Origin: an uncultured Candidatus Saccharibacteria bacterium
GTDB lineage: Bacteria > Patescibacteriota > Minisyncoccia > Phycocordibacterales > JACOZG01
Assembly: GCA_964651115.1 (NCBI GenBank)
Contig: CAZYXJ010000001.1
Span: 380,243 to 444,242, forward strand
Reading direction: 5' to 3'
DNA length: 64,000 nt
The notes beneath the pieces are model-generated. The model saw only the letters and a program-made list of their open reading frames with translations. It searched no databases and was not told where the DNA came from. A program made the position numbers and the translations under genes. Shown here piece after piece: positions 28,456 to 37,968 of this stretch (positions are counted from its first letter, which is position 1; the number at the start of each line of letters is the position of its first letter).

Positions 28456-29679
28456 ATGCGGCGCCTTCTTATTATTATCATCTTAGTAGCCACCGGCTTA
28501 GCTGGCGGAGGTTGGTGGCTGTGGCAAAGGGCCCAAACTAACGGTGTTCTCTACGAGCCGCCAGCGGCCACCATTAACTTCCCCCAAGGAGAAGAGCGTC
28601 CAGGAATCAGCCGTTCAACCACCAGCGCCACCCTAATCCTGCCGGATCTTTCGAGTGGACCGCTTCAAACCGCCTCTAATCGACCCGTGGTGGGAGTAAT
28701 GAGCTTTGGTTCAGCGTCCTCCTCTCTAGAAATCTACGCCGAAGCAGTGAGCGGCCACCTTTATCTCGCCGGCGGCGGCCGCCTCTCCAACACCACGGTG
28801 GCTGGCCTCCGTCGGATCGTCGGGGCCAGCCAAGGCAAAAATATTAAGCTCCTCCTCACCACTCAAACGGGAGCCATGCCAGAAACCTTACTCGCCACTT
28901 TTATTCCACCCAAAGAAAATACTAATAGCTTCGTTGATAATCTCGAATCGGAAACCACCCTCCAAACTCAAGCGCTCTCTCGACTAATTAGAGAGCCCGT
29001 CATTAGCCCGACGGGCGAGGCCTGGGCCTATCTCACCCCCAAAGGCCCCAAGACTGAAGTCGTGATTAATCAATTTAGCAGCAGCAGTCCAATTTCGCTT
29101 TATTCCTCGCCGCTCGAAGAATGGTCTCTCGCTTGGCCCGCAACCTCAACCATCACCCTACAAACAAAGCCGGCCAGCTTTATTGCGGGCACCTTAATCG
29201 GTCTAAATCCGAAAACTAAAGTAGCCACGCGGCTAATCGGGGGAGTCTCCGGCCTCTCCGCCCAGATGAGCCCCGATGGCCAAGCCATCGTCTACAGCGG
29301 CGCTGCTACCAACGGAATTTTTCTGGGACTTTACTACCCAGCCACCGACCTATTAACTCGCGCGCCTTTTGTAACGCTAGCCGATAAGTGTACCTGGTCT
29401 AAAAATAGCCAAACTCTTTATTGCGCAGTGCCCAAAACCATCCCCCCAGGGAATTATCCCGAAGATTGGTATCAAAGTAACGTTAGTTTTAGCGATATTT
29501 TCTGGAAATTTAATCGTCAGACCAACCGCGCCGAAATTATTTACAATCCCGAATTGGCTAATCCTAGCCGGTCACTCGACGCGACCAATCTAGTCGTCAG
29601 CATTGACGAAAGCAAACTCTACTTTAAAAATAAAGCTGACCAACTTCTTTGGAGTCTTAATCTCAAGACAGGATTTTAG
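28456..29679 (+). CDS. Membrane-anchored beta-propeller (TolB/WD40-like) protein
   Basis: N-terminal TM; SPTG and SPDG repeats; TLADKCTWS...LYCAVP. Confidence 0.65.
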   Translation: MRRLLIIIILVATGLAGGGWWLWQRAQTNGVLYEPPAATINFPQGEERPGISRSTTSATLILPDLSSGPLQTASNRPVVGVMSFGSASSSLEIYAEAVSGHLYLAGGGRLSNTTVAGLRRIVGASQGKNIKLLLTTQTGAMPETLLATFIPPKENTNSFVDNLESETTLQTQALSRLIREPVISPTGEAWAYLTPKGPKTEVVINQFSSSSPISLYSSPLEEWSLAWPATSTITLQTKPASFIAGTLIGLNPKTKVATRLIGGVSGLSAQMSPDGQAIVYSGAATNGIFLGLYYPATDLLTRAPFVTLADKCTWSKNSQTLYCAVPKTIPPGNYPEDWYQSNVSFSDIFWKFNRQTNRAEIIYNPELANPSRSLDATNLVVSIDESKLYFKNKADQLLWSLNLKTGF

Positions 29680-30385
29680 CTCGACGCCGGACCAATAACT
29701 CGTGGCCGATGGCGAAACAATTACTCGTCACCCAATAAAGCACCACCGCGGCCGGAAATCCTAGCGCGACAAAGGTAATCATCACGGGGAAGATAAATCG
29801 CATCTGCATATTCATACTCCGCGCCAAGTCGGCTTTGAGCGACGGCTGGTCTTGATTAGAACTCTGAGGCAGGGGAGGAACCGCCAAACTGATTTGAAAA
29901 TACTGGGAGACGCCGGCCACCAAGGCCAACGGGATACTGCGAGCGGTTAGATCAAGTAGCCCTAAAAAATGCGCGTTGACCCCGAGCGGAGGAGTAATAA
30001 ACGCGTACAACCACTGGCTATTAATCGTCAGGCTGTCACGGAAAACGTAAAGTAAAGCAAACATAATGGGTAATTGAATAAGCAAAGTCACAAAACCAGA
30101 AAACGGGTTGACTCCATGAGCTCGATAAAGAGCCATAATCGCCTGGGCTTGAGCGGCGCTATCACTTTGATGTTTAGCTTTGAGCGCCGCAATCTCCGCC
30201 TCTAACTCCTTAAGCTTCTTTTGCGTGGTTAGAGCACGATGTTGGAGAGGAAGTAACGCGAATTTAACTAAAATAGTCAATAAAATAATGGCAATACCTA
30301 AATCGTGCCCAGGTACAATGGCCGACAGCCAAATCAAAAGATTATAAAGCGGTTCGAAGAAAATCGTTCGGAAAAGAGCCCGCAT
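29663..30385 (-). CDS. yidC: Membrane protein insertase YidC/Oxa1
   Basis: GIAIILLTILVKFALLPL, GVNPFSG, QLPI, LYWVTSN; located next to rnpA-rpmH. Confidence 0.92.
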   Translation of the reverse strand: MRALFRTIFFEPLYNLLIWLSAIVPGHDLGIAIILLTILVKFALLPLQHRALTTQKKLKELEAEIAALKAKHQSDSAAQAQAIMALYRAHGVNPFSGFVTLLIQLPIMFALLYVFRDSLTINSQWLYAFITPPLGVNAHFLGLLDLTARSIPLALVAGVSQYFQISLAVPPLPQSSNQDQPSLKADLARSMNMQMRFIFPVMITFVALGFPAAVVLYWVTSNCFAIGHELLVRRRAKILS

Positions 30386-30391
30386 AGAGAT

Positions 30392-30724
30392 TTATAGTAT
30401 ACCCGCTTCGCGTAACAAAGACAGTATTGACGCCTTAAGGGCCGGATAGGAATAGTTGAGCAGGGGAGCCCCCAAGAAAAAAGCCCCTCCCTGACCGCGC
30501 TTTAAACGGGAAAACTCCTGGGTCACGACCGCCCGAACTCGTCGGCGAAGACGATTGCGATCAACCGCCCGACGAAGGGATTTGCGACCAACAATAAAGG
30601 CAAATTTAGGGCCGAGCTGAACATTTTCGAGAGGGTGGAGAGTTAACGATAGGGGAAAATGGCCATATTTATGGCCATTTTTAATGACTGCGGTCAGGAA
30701 ATCGCGGTCGAGAGCGTTCTTCAC
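30392..30724 (-). CDS. rnpA: Ribonuclease P protein component
   Basis: AVDRNRLRRRVR (RNR motif); gene context. Confidence 0.88.
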   Translation of the reverse strand: MKNALDRDFLTAVIKNGHKYGHFPLSLTLHPLENVQLGPKFAFIVGRKSLRRAVDRNRLRRRVRAVVTQEFSRLKRGQGGAFFLGAPLLNYSYPALKASILSLLREAGIL

Positions 30725-30727
30725 AAT

Positions 30728-30862
30728 TTAAACAGACAACCGAGCGCGACCTTTACGTCGACGGCTTTGCAAAACCTTGCGTCCACCGGGCGTCCGACTC
30801 CGAACGAGAAAGCCGTGGGTTCGGGCGCGTTTGCGCTTTTTTGGTTGGTAGGTAACAGACAT
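30728..30862 (-). CDS. rpmH: 50S ribosomal protein L34 (not in the ORF track)
   Basis: [44 protein letters not shown]. Confidence 0.95.
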   Translation of the reverse strand: MSVTYQPKKRKRARTHGFLVRSRTPGGRKVLQSRRRKGRARLSV

Positions 30863-30929
30863 GCGGCCATACTAGCTTATTTATCTAATTGGTTCAAGCC
30901 TAGAGCCGCTTAAGCGACTTATACTAAAG

Positions 30930-30991
30930 GCATCCACAGTTTTGGCTCAGTCATCCACAGTAATTCACAGCTTATTAACAGGTGGGGATAA
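30930..30991. promoter_or_regulatory. DnaA-box cluster upstream of dnaA (left oriC sub-region)
   Basis: GCATCCACA, TCATCCACA, TAATTCACA, TTATTAACA, TGGGGATAA. Confidence 0.75.
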
Positions 30992-31028
30992 GTTGCTTCT
31001 CCCTCCGACTAAAGCATATAATTGAGCC

Positions 31029-32393
31029 ATGAATGATTTGGCTAAATTGTGGAACGAGGCTTTGCTGGATATCGAGACCACAATTTCTAAAGCCAACTTT
31101 GGCACGTGGTTTAAAAACACTCGGATTGTTCGTCACGATAGCGGCGTTATCTACCTAGGAGTACCTAATGCCTTCGTTAAAGAATGGCTCTCCACCAAAT
31201 ACCACAAATTTATCCTCAAGGCCGTCCGCACTCTCTACCCCGAAGTCCGCGCGTTGGAGTATCAGATCGTTAAGAACGAAGAACTGGCTAAATTTAAGGT
31301 CGCCGATACCACTCCCAAGCCAATTTTTGGCGGGCAATTGGAAATGCCCGAGATTTACATCAATCGGGAGGATAATCTTAACCCCCGCTACGTCTTTGAC
31401 AGCTTTATTGTTGGCTCTTTTAACGAATTAGCCCATGCCGCCACCCAAGCCGTCATTAGAAATCCAGGCAGTGTTTATAATCCACTCTTTATTTACGGCA
31501 ATACCGGGGTAGGTAAGACCCATCTCATCCAATCGGCGGGGAATCATATTAAAAAGAATTTGCCCCAGAAAAAGGTTTTTTACGTCACCTCCGAACAATT
31601 CGCTATCGACTACGTTAATGCCCTCCAGAGCAACAAAATTCACGTTTTTAAGGAGCGTTACCGCAAATATGACCTCCTAATCATTGATGACGTGCAGTTT
31701 TTCTCCAATAAAGACAAAATGCAGGAGGAATTATTCCATTTGTTTAACAGTTTTCATGAGCAAAACAAGCAAATCATCTTTTCTTCTGATAAACCGCCCA
31801 AATATATCCCCAATTTAGAAGATCGCCTGCGCTCCCGCTTCGAAGGGGGGATGATTGTTGACGTTGCTAAGCCAGATTATGAGTCTCGATTGGCCATTCT
31901 CCAGACCAAGGCTAAGCAAGCCGCTATTCCTCCCGGAGGGGAAATCTTAGATTTCCTGGCCAACTCCATTCAAGACAGCATTCGTGAGCTCGAAGGCACT
32001 CTCAATACCATCATTTGCCAAGCGCAAGTAAAAAATCGACCGCTTAGCATCCAAGAAGTTAAATTATTGGTCAAAAACAACCTTAAACCCAAAAAAGTAC
32101 CCTCGGTTAAAAACGTTGCTGAAGTCATTTCTTCTTTCTACAACATTGCCGAAAGGGCGCTCTACGACAAAACGCGCCGCAAAGAGGTCGTTAAACCCCG
32201 TCAAATAATGATGTATATTCTCCGCGAAGACTTTAATACGTCTTACCCTACTATTGGTCAGAAGCTGGGCGGTCGCGATCACACCACCGTTATTCACGCT
32301 TACGAAAAAGTAAAAAATGATCTGAAGGGCGATAGTGTTTTGACTCAAGAATTAGAACAGATCCGCACCATGCTTTATAACGAACAATCTTAA
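31029..32393 (+). CDS. dnaA: Chromosomal replication initiator DnaA
   Basis: YNPLFIYGNTGVGKTHL, LLIIDDVQF, RLRSRF, RELEG, GGRDHTTVIHA. Confidence 0.97.
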   Translation: MNDLAKLWNEALLDIETTISKANFGTWFKNTRIVRHDSGVIYLGVPNAFVKEWLSTKYHKFILKAVRTLYPEVRALEYQIVKNEELAKFKVADTTPKPIFGGQLEMPEIYINREDNLNPRYVFDSFIVGSFNELAHAATQAVIRNPGSVYNPLFIYGNTGVGKTHLIQSAGNHIKKNLPQKKVFYVTSEQFAIDYVNALQSNKIHVFKERYRKYDLLIIDDVQFFSNKDKMQEELFHLFNSFHEQNKQIIFSSDKPPKYIPNLEDRLRSRFEGGMIVDVAKPDYESRLAILQTKAKQAAIPPGGEILDFLANSIQDSIRELEGTLNTIICQAQVKNRPLSIQEVKLLVKNNLKPKKVPSVKNVAEVISSFYNIAERALYDKTRRKEVVKPRQIMMYILREDFNTSYPTIGQKLGGRDHTTVIHAYEKVKNDLKGDSVLTQELEQIRTMLYNEQS

Positions 32394-32542
32394 TCCCCAG
32401 TTATCACCAGAGTTATGCACAACCGTCATTCATTAAACAGCTCTCTAACTAAGGATATTTTGGACTATCCACCTATCCACACCCTTAATAGTATTAGTAA
32501 TAGAATTATCTTTAAAATACTTTAATTAATACTATTAGAGAT
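32391..32542. other. oriC unwinding region between dnaA and dnaN
   Basis: DnaA boxes TTATGCACA (32413) and CTATCCACA (32473) followed by TAA TAG TAT TAG TAA TAG trios and an AT-rich tract; + strand changes from C-rich to G-rich here. Confidence 0.8.
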
Positions 32543-33646
32543 ATGAAATTTTCTTGCTCCACCTCTCAGTTACGTTTAGCGATCACGACCGCCGAAAGAT
32601 TGACGGGAAAAAATTTATCCCTACCGGCCTTAGCCCATTTATATTTGGCGGTAGTTGATGATCAGGTAATTATTAGATCAACTAACCTAGATATTGGTTT
32701 AGAGCTAAAGTTGGCGGCTAATCAAACCAAGGCAGGAGCGGTAATGGTTTCGGGCGCAGTTTTAGGTAACTTTTTGAGTAATTTACCTAGTTCACAAGAA
32801 ATTACTGTTGAGTTAGATAAAAACATCCTAAAACTTAAAGGTGGTCGGACGCAAAGCTCGGTGGTTACTTATCCGGTTGATGATTTTCCGACAATTCCTC
32901 GCTTAACCGAAGGGGAGACGGTGGAATTTCCGGTGTCGACGATGGTCGCGGCTTTTAAAAATGTTTGGTATGCCGCTTCGTTATCGGATATCAAGCCGGA
33001 AATTGCCAGCGTTTATGCTTACGCGGACAATCGCGATCTGGTTTTGGTCGCGACGGACTCTTTTCGTTTGGCGGAAAAGAAAGTTTCTTTCTCGGCAACC
33101 CTGCCCGATAATTTAAAATTAATCATTCCCTTTAAGAACGCCGTGGAATTGGTGAGAGTTTTTGAACACAGTGAAGAAGTCGCCACTTTGTCTTACACGG
33201 CTAATCAATTTACGGTCACGACGCCGACGGTTTTCTTTTCGTCTCGTTTGGTTGACGGTATTTATCCTGATTATCGGCAAATTGTGCCGACGGCTTCAAC
33301 TACGCGGGTAGTGGTAAGCAAGCCCGAGTTGCAGAATGCTCTTAAAATCTCCACCATCTTCTCCGATAAGCTTAATCAGATCTCGCTACGCGTTGATGTG
33401 GAAAGTGGTCGCTGTGAGCTTTCTGCGCGCAATAGCGAGGTGGGAGAGAGCGCGACAGAGCTGTCGGCCCGAGTGGAAGGCGAAACCTTGGAGGTAAGTT
33501 ATAACGTTAAATATTTACTAGACGCTTTCCAGTCGTTAAATACCGATACCCTTTCGCTTTCCTGGAATGGTAAACAACGACCCCTTTCCGTTACCGCGGT
33601 TGGTGATCCAAGCTTTTTGTATTTGGTAATGCCCCTCAATCGTTAG
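32543..33646 (+). CDS. dnaN: DNA polymerase III beta clamp
   Basis: STNLDIG, ATDSFRLA, SRLVDGIYPDY, NVKYLLD, YLVMPL. Confidence 0.95.
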   Translation: MKFSCSTSQLRLAITTAERLTGKNLSLPALAHLYLAVVDDQVIIRSTNLDIGLELKLAANQTKAGAVMVSGAVLGNFLSNLPSSQEITVELDKNILKLKGGRTQSSVVTYPVDDFPTIPRLTEGETVEFPVSTMVAAFKNVWYAASLSDIKPEIASVYAYADNRDLVLVATDSFRLAEKKVSFSATLPDNLKLIIPFKNAVELVRVFEHSEEVATLSYTANQFTVTTPTVFFSSRLVDGIYPDYRQIVPTASTTRVVVSKPELQNALKISTIFSDKLNQISLRVDVESGRCELSARNSEVGESATELSARVEGETLEVSYNVKYLLDAFQSLNTDTLSLSWNGKQRPLSVTAVGDPSFLYLVMPLNR

Positions 33647-33648
33647 GC

Positions 33649-33906
33649 ATGCAGGGAATCCATTTTTTTCTAGAAAAATTTCGTCATCTTGTCCCGGCCG
33701 ATAAAGAGTTGAAGGAAGCGGTGGTCGCGGCTGTTAAGCAGGTCACGGGTCGCGATCTGCCAGTTGCTGATGTCTCGGTGCAGAAATGGAACGTTTATAT
33801 TAAAACCAAACCTGCCTTAAAGAGCGAAATTTTTTTAAATCACGAGGAGATTAATCAAGCGCTAGAGAGTGCTTTAGCGAGTCGGAGACCGCGTCGCGTC
33901 GTCTAG
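33649..33906 (+). CDS. Possible DciA/DUF721-like helicase-loader protein
   Basis: Follows dnaN; VYIKTKPALKSEIFLNHEEI resembles DUF721. Confidence 0.5.
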   Translation: MQGIHFFLEKFRHLVPADKELKEAVVAAVKQVTGRDLPVADVSVQKWNVYIKTKPALKSEIFLNHEEINQALESALASRRPRRVV

Positions 33907-36012
33907 GTTTAATTTTTGAGTCTTAGCCCAAGCTTGAATGGGTTCTTCCCAGAGCGAGTATTGAGGATCGTTAGTTCGACCGAGCCAGTATAAAATCGAG
34001 TGGATTTTAGGGATGATTTCTTCTTGGACGCCGTCATCAGTTTCGATTAAACGACTTTCTCCACCTTGCCAGTAACCACGATAATAGGGCGGTAAGGAAG
34101 GATCAATTGGTTCGGGTGGGTTAAAGTTTTCGGTAGGAAGTTTTCGGAGGGCCTCTCTCATAAAGGCGTTCCACATTGGGGCGACGACTAAGCCGGCCAC
34201 CTTTTTTTCGATGGGAGAATTATCGTTATTTCCCGCCCAGGCGCCGACGGCAATGGTGGGAGTGTAGCCCATAATCCAGGTGTCGCGAAAATCGTTGGTC
34301 GTACCGGTTTTGGCGGCCACGTCGTAGCCCGGTAAGTAGAGAGGTGAGTTGGCGGAATAACTTGGTTGGCGGGCCTCGTTATCGGAGAGGATATTAGAAA
34401 TAATCCGAGCGGTATTGGGGGCCAGAACTTGTTCGGAAGCTTCTTCGAACTCACGAATTACCGTGCCATCACGTTCTTCGATGCGGAGGATGGTGGCATA
34501 AGGATTTCTTACTCCTTCGTTAGCAAAAACCCCATAGGCGCTAGTCAAATCGAGGAGAGAAACTTCGCCGCCACCCAAAACGAGGGTTAGACCATAGCGG
34601 CGCCAATCGCCGAGTGTTTGAATCCCCATTCTTTTAGCTAAATCGAGGGTGTCTTTAACGCCAGCTAGGTAGAGAACTTTAATGGCGGGGATGTTGATTG
34701 ATTGAGCCAGGGCCGTGCGAAAGGTCATCGGTCCACGGAATTGATCATCGTAGTTAGATGGTGCATAGCAACGTTCGGGGTTGGCGGAACAGCCAGTATC
34801 AAATTGTGTCGGCAGGTCGAAAATTGCCGTTTCGGAAGTGAAGCCTTTGTTGAAGGCCTCGGCGTAAGCGAAGGGCTTAAAGGTTGAGCCCGGTTGGCGC
34901 TTAGCTAAAGCAATATTGTAATTACCGTCAATTTCGTCGCTAAAGTAATCTTTAGAGCCGACGAGCGTTAAGATTTGCCCGGTTTTGGGATCGAGGGCGA
35001 CTAAAGCGGCGTTAGAGGCGTTAAAATTCTTTAAGTTTTCGGCGGCGTAGTTGGCAACAATTTCTTCCGCTTTCTCTTGGAGTTCCCAATCGAGAGTGGT
35101 GATCACTTTGTAACCTCGCGTCCGGATGGCTTCTTCGCCTAATTCTTTTTCTAATTGTTCGCGGACCATCAGGACAAAGTGAGGAGCTCGAATATTTCCT
35201 TTAGGTGGTTTTTGAAAATCAACTTTAATTTTATTAGCCGCTTCGCGCTGTTCTGCCGTAATGAAGCCGATTTCTTCCATGCGGCTCAAGACTAAATTTT
35301 TCCGCTCTTCTAATTTGTCGCGGTGTTCGCCGAAGGGCGAATAATAAGTTGGCGCTTTCGGGATGGCGGCCAAATAAGCCGCTTCCGGCAAAGTCACTTC
35401 TGACGCCGGCTTGCCAAAAAAGGCTCTGGCGGCTTCCTCAACCCCGTAAATCGTCCCGCCGTAAGGTGACTCATTAAGATAAATGCTCAAAATCTGCTCT
35501 TTGCTGAGGACTCGTTCCATTTTAATGGCTAAAATGGCCTCTTTAATCTTACGCGTCCAAGTTTTTTCAGTCGTGAGGAGGGAATTTTTGACCACTTGCT
35601 GGCTAATGGTGGAACCGCCTTGGACTTTAGCGCCCGCTAAAATGTTGACGATCATGGCGCGGACGATCGCCATGGGCTTAACGCCCGAGTGTTCGTAAAA
35701 TTCGCTGTCTTCGATCGCGACAGTCGCGTTCTTTATCTCTTTGGAAATATCTTCGAAGGGTACTACCTGTCTTTTGACTTGATCATAGACGTCGTAGAGC
35801 ACGACTTTGCCCGTTCGATCATAAATTTTAGTCGATTCGCTAACGATGCGATTTTCGAAGGAATCAAAATCGGGGAGGGGGAGAGTGGCAATCCAAAACA
35901 AAATTACCCCGGTTCCCAGGAAGCCGGCAATTAGGGCCAAGATTAGGGCGGAGCGCCACCAAGCCGGCAACCGCCACCAAGTCCTTTTCCTCATGTTCTT
36001 TGATCGTAGCAT
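33874..36012 (-). CDS. Class A penicillin-binding protein (PBP1A family)
   Basis: EDSEFYEHSG, GGSTISQQ, RKIKE transglycosylase motifs; RQPGSTFKP, SIN, KTGT transpeptidase motifs. Confidence 0.93.
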   Translation of the reverse strand: MLRSKNMRKRTWWRLPAWWRSALILALIAGFLGTGVILFWIATLPLPDFDSFENRIVSESTKIYDRTGKVVLYDVYDQVKRQVVPFEDISKEIKNATVAIEDSEFYEHSGVKPMAIVRAMIVNILAGAKVQGGSTISQQVVKNSLLTTEKTWTRKIKEAILAIKMERVLSKEQILSIYLNESPYGGTIYGVEEAARAFFGKPASEVTLPEAAYLAAIPKAPTYYSPFGEHRDKLEERKNLVLSRMEEIGFITAEQREAANKIKVDFQKPPKGNIRAPHFVLMVREQLEKELGEEAIRTRGYKVITTLDWELQEKAEEIVANYAAENLKNFNASNAALVALDPKTGQILTLVGSKDYFSDEIDGNYNIALAKRQPGSTFKPFAYAEAFNKGFTSETAIFDLPTQFDTGCSANPERCYAPSNYDDQFRGPMTFRTALAQSINIPAIKVLYLAGVKDTLDLAKRMGIQTLGDWRRYGLTLVLGGGEVSLLDLTSAYGVFANEGVRNPYATILRIEERDGTVIREFEEASEQVLAPNTARIISNILSDNEARQPSYSANSPLYLPGYDVAAKTGTTNDFRDTWIMGYTPTIAVGAWAGNNDNSPIEKKVAGLVVAPMWNAFMREALRKLPTENFNPPEPIDPSLPPYYRGYWQGGESRLIETDDGVQEEIIPKIHSILYWLGRTNDPQYSLWEEPIQAWAKTQKLNLDDATRSPTR

Positions 36013-36050
36013 GGTGGTCAGACGCCGGCAAAGTATGATACATTCTTTTT

Positions 36051-37202
36051 ATGGCTGAACTATTAACTCGCGGTGTAGAGCGGATTTACCCCTCTTTCGA
36101 CGAACTCGAAAAAGTTTTAGCGAGTGGCAAAAAATTGAAGATTTATTTGGGGATCGACCCGACGGGGCCATCTCTGCATCTTGGTCATTTGGCCAATCTT
36201 TTACGATTGAGAGATTTTCAAGAGCAAGGGCATGAAGTCGTGATTTTGATCGGTGATTTTACCGCCATGATTGGCGATCCCACCGATAAGACCGCGGCGC
36301 GAATTAAGTTGACGGCCGATCAAGTGGCGGAAAATTTGAAAAATTATCAATCGCAGATTGAAAAAATCTTAAACCCCGAAAAAACTAAGTTCGTGTTTAA
36401 TAGCAGTTGGCTGTCCGGACTAAATTTGGGAGAAATTTTAGAGCTAGCTTCGGAGTTTACTGTTAGCCAACTGCTTGAACGAGATATGTTTCAGGAACGG
36501 TTACGTCGTGAGCAACCTGTTTATCTTCATGAGTTTTTGTATCCCCTGATGCAAGGTTATGATTCGGTGGTGTTGGCGGTCGATTTGGAGATTGGAGGCA
36601 ATGATCAAACCTTTAACATGCTGGTGGGTCGAGAGATGCAGAAGCGCCGCGGTCGGGAAAAGTTTGTTTTGGCGGGCAAACTGCTCGTTGACGGCGCTGG
36701 TAAAAAAATGGGTAAGACGGAGGGTAATATGGTGATGTTAAGCGATCATCCCAACGAAATCTTCGGCAAGGTGATGAGTTGGCCTGACGCGCTTTTGCCT
36801 TTAGGTTTCGAGTTGTGTACTCGCTTACCTCTGGCGACTCAATTGGCTTTTATTGCGGAAGATCCTAAGTTGGCCAAGATGCGATTAGCTCGGGAGATTA
36901 TTAGCTTGCTTTATGGCTCGGCCGAGGCGCAGTCGGCTGAGGAGTATTTCGTTAACACCTTCCAAAAAAAAGAAGTTCCGGAATCATTGGAGGAGGTAGA
37001 AATCGAACCCGGGGAAATGTTGGGAGATTCGTTAGTGAGAGCCGGAGTCGTTGCTTCCAAGTCCGAATTTCGACGTCTGGTGGAGCAGGGAGGCGTTCAT
37101 GACTTAGACGGTTCGGTGATCACTGATCCACTAATTTTAGCTAAGCCCGATTTGCGTTTACGTTTAGGTAAACGTCGGTTTGTTAAGTTGGTGGCTCGAT
37201 AA
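36051..37202 (+). CDS. tyrS: Tyrosine--tRNA ligase
   Basis: GIDPTGPSLHLGH, YPLMQGYD, GGNDQ, KMGKT, C-terminal S4 domain. Confidence 0.95.
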   Translation: MAELLTRGVERIYPSFDELEKVLASGKKLKIYLGIDPTGPSLHLGHLANLLRLRDFQEQGHEVVILIGDFTAMIGDPTDKTAARIKLTADQVAENLKNYQSQIEKILNPEKTKFVFNSSWLSGLNLGEILELASEFTVSQLLERDMFQERLRREQPVYLHEFLYPLMQGYDSVVLAVDLEIGGNDQTFNMLVGREMQKRRGREKFVLAGKLLVDGAGKKMGKTEGNMVMLSDHPNEIFGKVMSWPDALLPLGFELCTRLPLATQLAFIAEDPKLAKMRLAREIISLLYGSAEAQSAEEYFVNTFQKKEVPESLEEVEIEPGEMLGDSLVRAGVVASKSEFRRLVEQGGVHDLDGSVITDPLILAKPDLRLRLGKRRFVKLVAR

Positions 37203-37233
37203 AAAACCACCCCGCCAAGGCGGGGTGGTTTTT
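37201..37233. terminator. Bidirectional terminator
   Basis: AAAAACCACCCCGCC-AA-GGCGGGGTGGTTTTT. Confidence 0.8.
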
Positions 37234-37242
37234 AGATTGCCT

Positions 37243-37380
37243 TTACATTATTTCATCTTCCTCTTCCTCCTCATCTTCTTCGTCATCACCTAAATCATCT
37301 AGCGTTTCATCTTCTTCATCATCTAAAATTTCTTTTTCCTCATCTAATACTTCATCTCCGCCGAGCATTGAATCATCCAT
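37243..37380 (-). CDS. Very acidic small protein (45 aa, 28 D/E), not in the ORF track
   Basis: MDDSMLGGDEVLDEEKEILDDEEDETLDDLGDDEEDEEEEEDEIM; upstream TTGCAA-16-TACAAT promoter and downstream terminator. Confidence 0.6.
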   Translation of the reverse strand: MDDSMLGGDEVLDEEKEILDDEEDETLDDLGDDEEDEEEEEDEIM

Positions 37381-37470
37381 GGTGTGAAAACTTATTTTTT
37401 AAATTTACCCGACCTCAAATTTTTTTGAGGTGGCTCTATTGTAAACAACCGAATTAATTTTGCAAGACCT

Positions 37471-37968
37471 TTAAGAAATATATGTGGACAAAGCGGCTAG
37501 GCCGATGGCGATCGCGTCGTATTCATCATCGTGTCTTTGGATTGTTGATAGCTTAACTAGGCGTTTAACCATGTTCTGAACTTGAGCTTTGTCGGCTTTG
37601 CCGTAACCGGTGACGGCCAGTTTGATGCTTTGAGGATTTAGTTCGCAGATGCTGGCTTGAGCTTTGGCGGCAAGATAGAGGATGACGCCGCGGGTCTCGG
37701 CCACGGCGCTGGCCGTTTTACGATTAGTTGAGAAGAAAAGTGTTTCTAGGGCGACGAGATTTGGTTGCCACTCCTTGATCAGATCTTCTAGTTGCCGACC
37801 AATTTCCGCCAGCCGATTAGGAAAGGAATTGGTTTTTTGGGACGTGAGACAGGTCGAGAATTTTACCACCTCGCGTCCTTGCTCGCGTTTAATCACGGCT
37901 ACGCCTAAACGGTCGTAGCCGGGGTCGAGAGCCAGAACAGTCAGTTCGTCTTTAGAGGCCGGGGACAT
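37471..37968 (-). CDS. ruvC: Holliday junction resolvase RuvC
   Basis: LALDPGY, ETLFFSTN, TGYGKADKAQV, DDEYDAIA. Confidence 0.93.
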   Translation of the reverse strand: MSPASKDELTVLALDPGYDRLGVAVIKREQGREVVKFSTCLTSQKTNSFPNRLAEIGRQLEDLIKEWQPNLVALETLFFSTNRKTASAVAETRGVILYLAAKAQASICELNPQSIKLAVTGYGKADKAQVQNMVKRLVKLSTIQRHDDEYDAIAIGLAALSTYIS

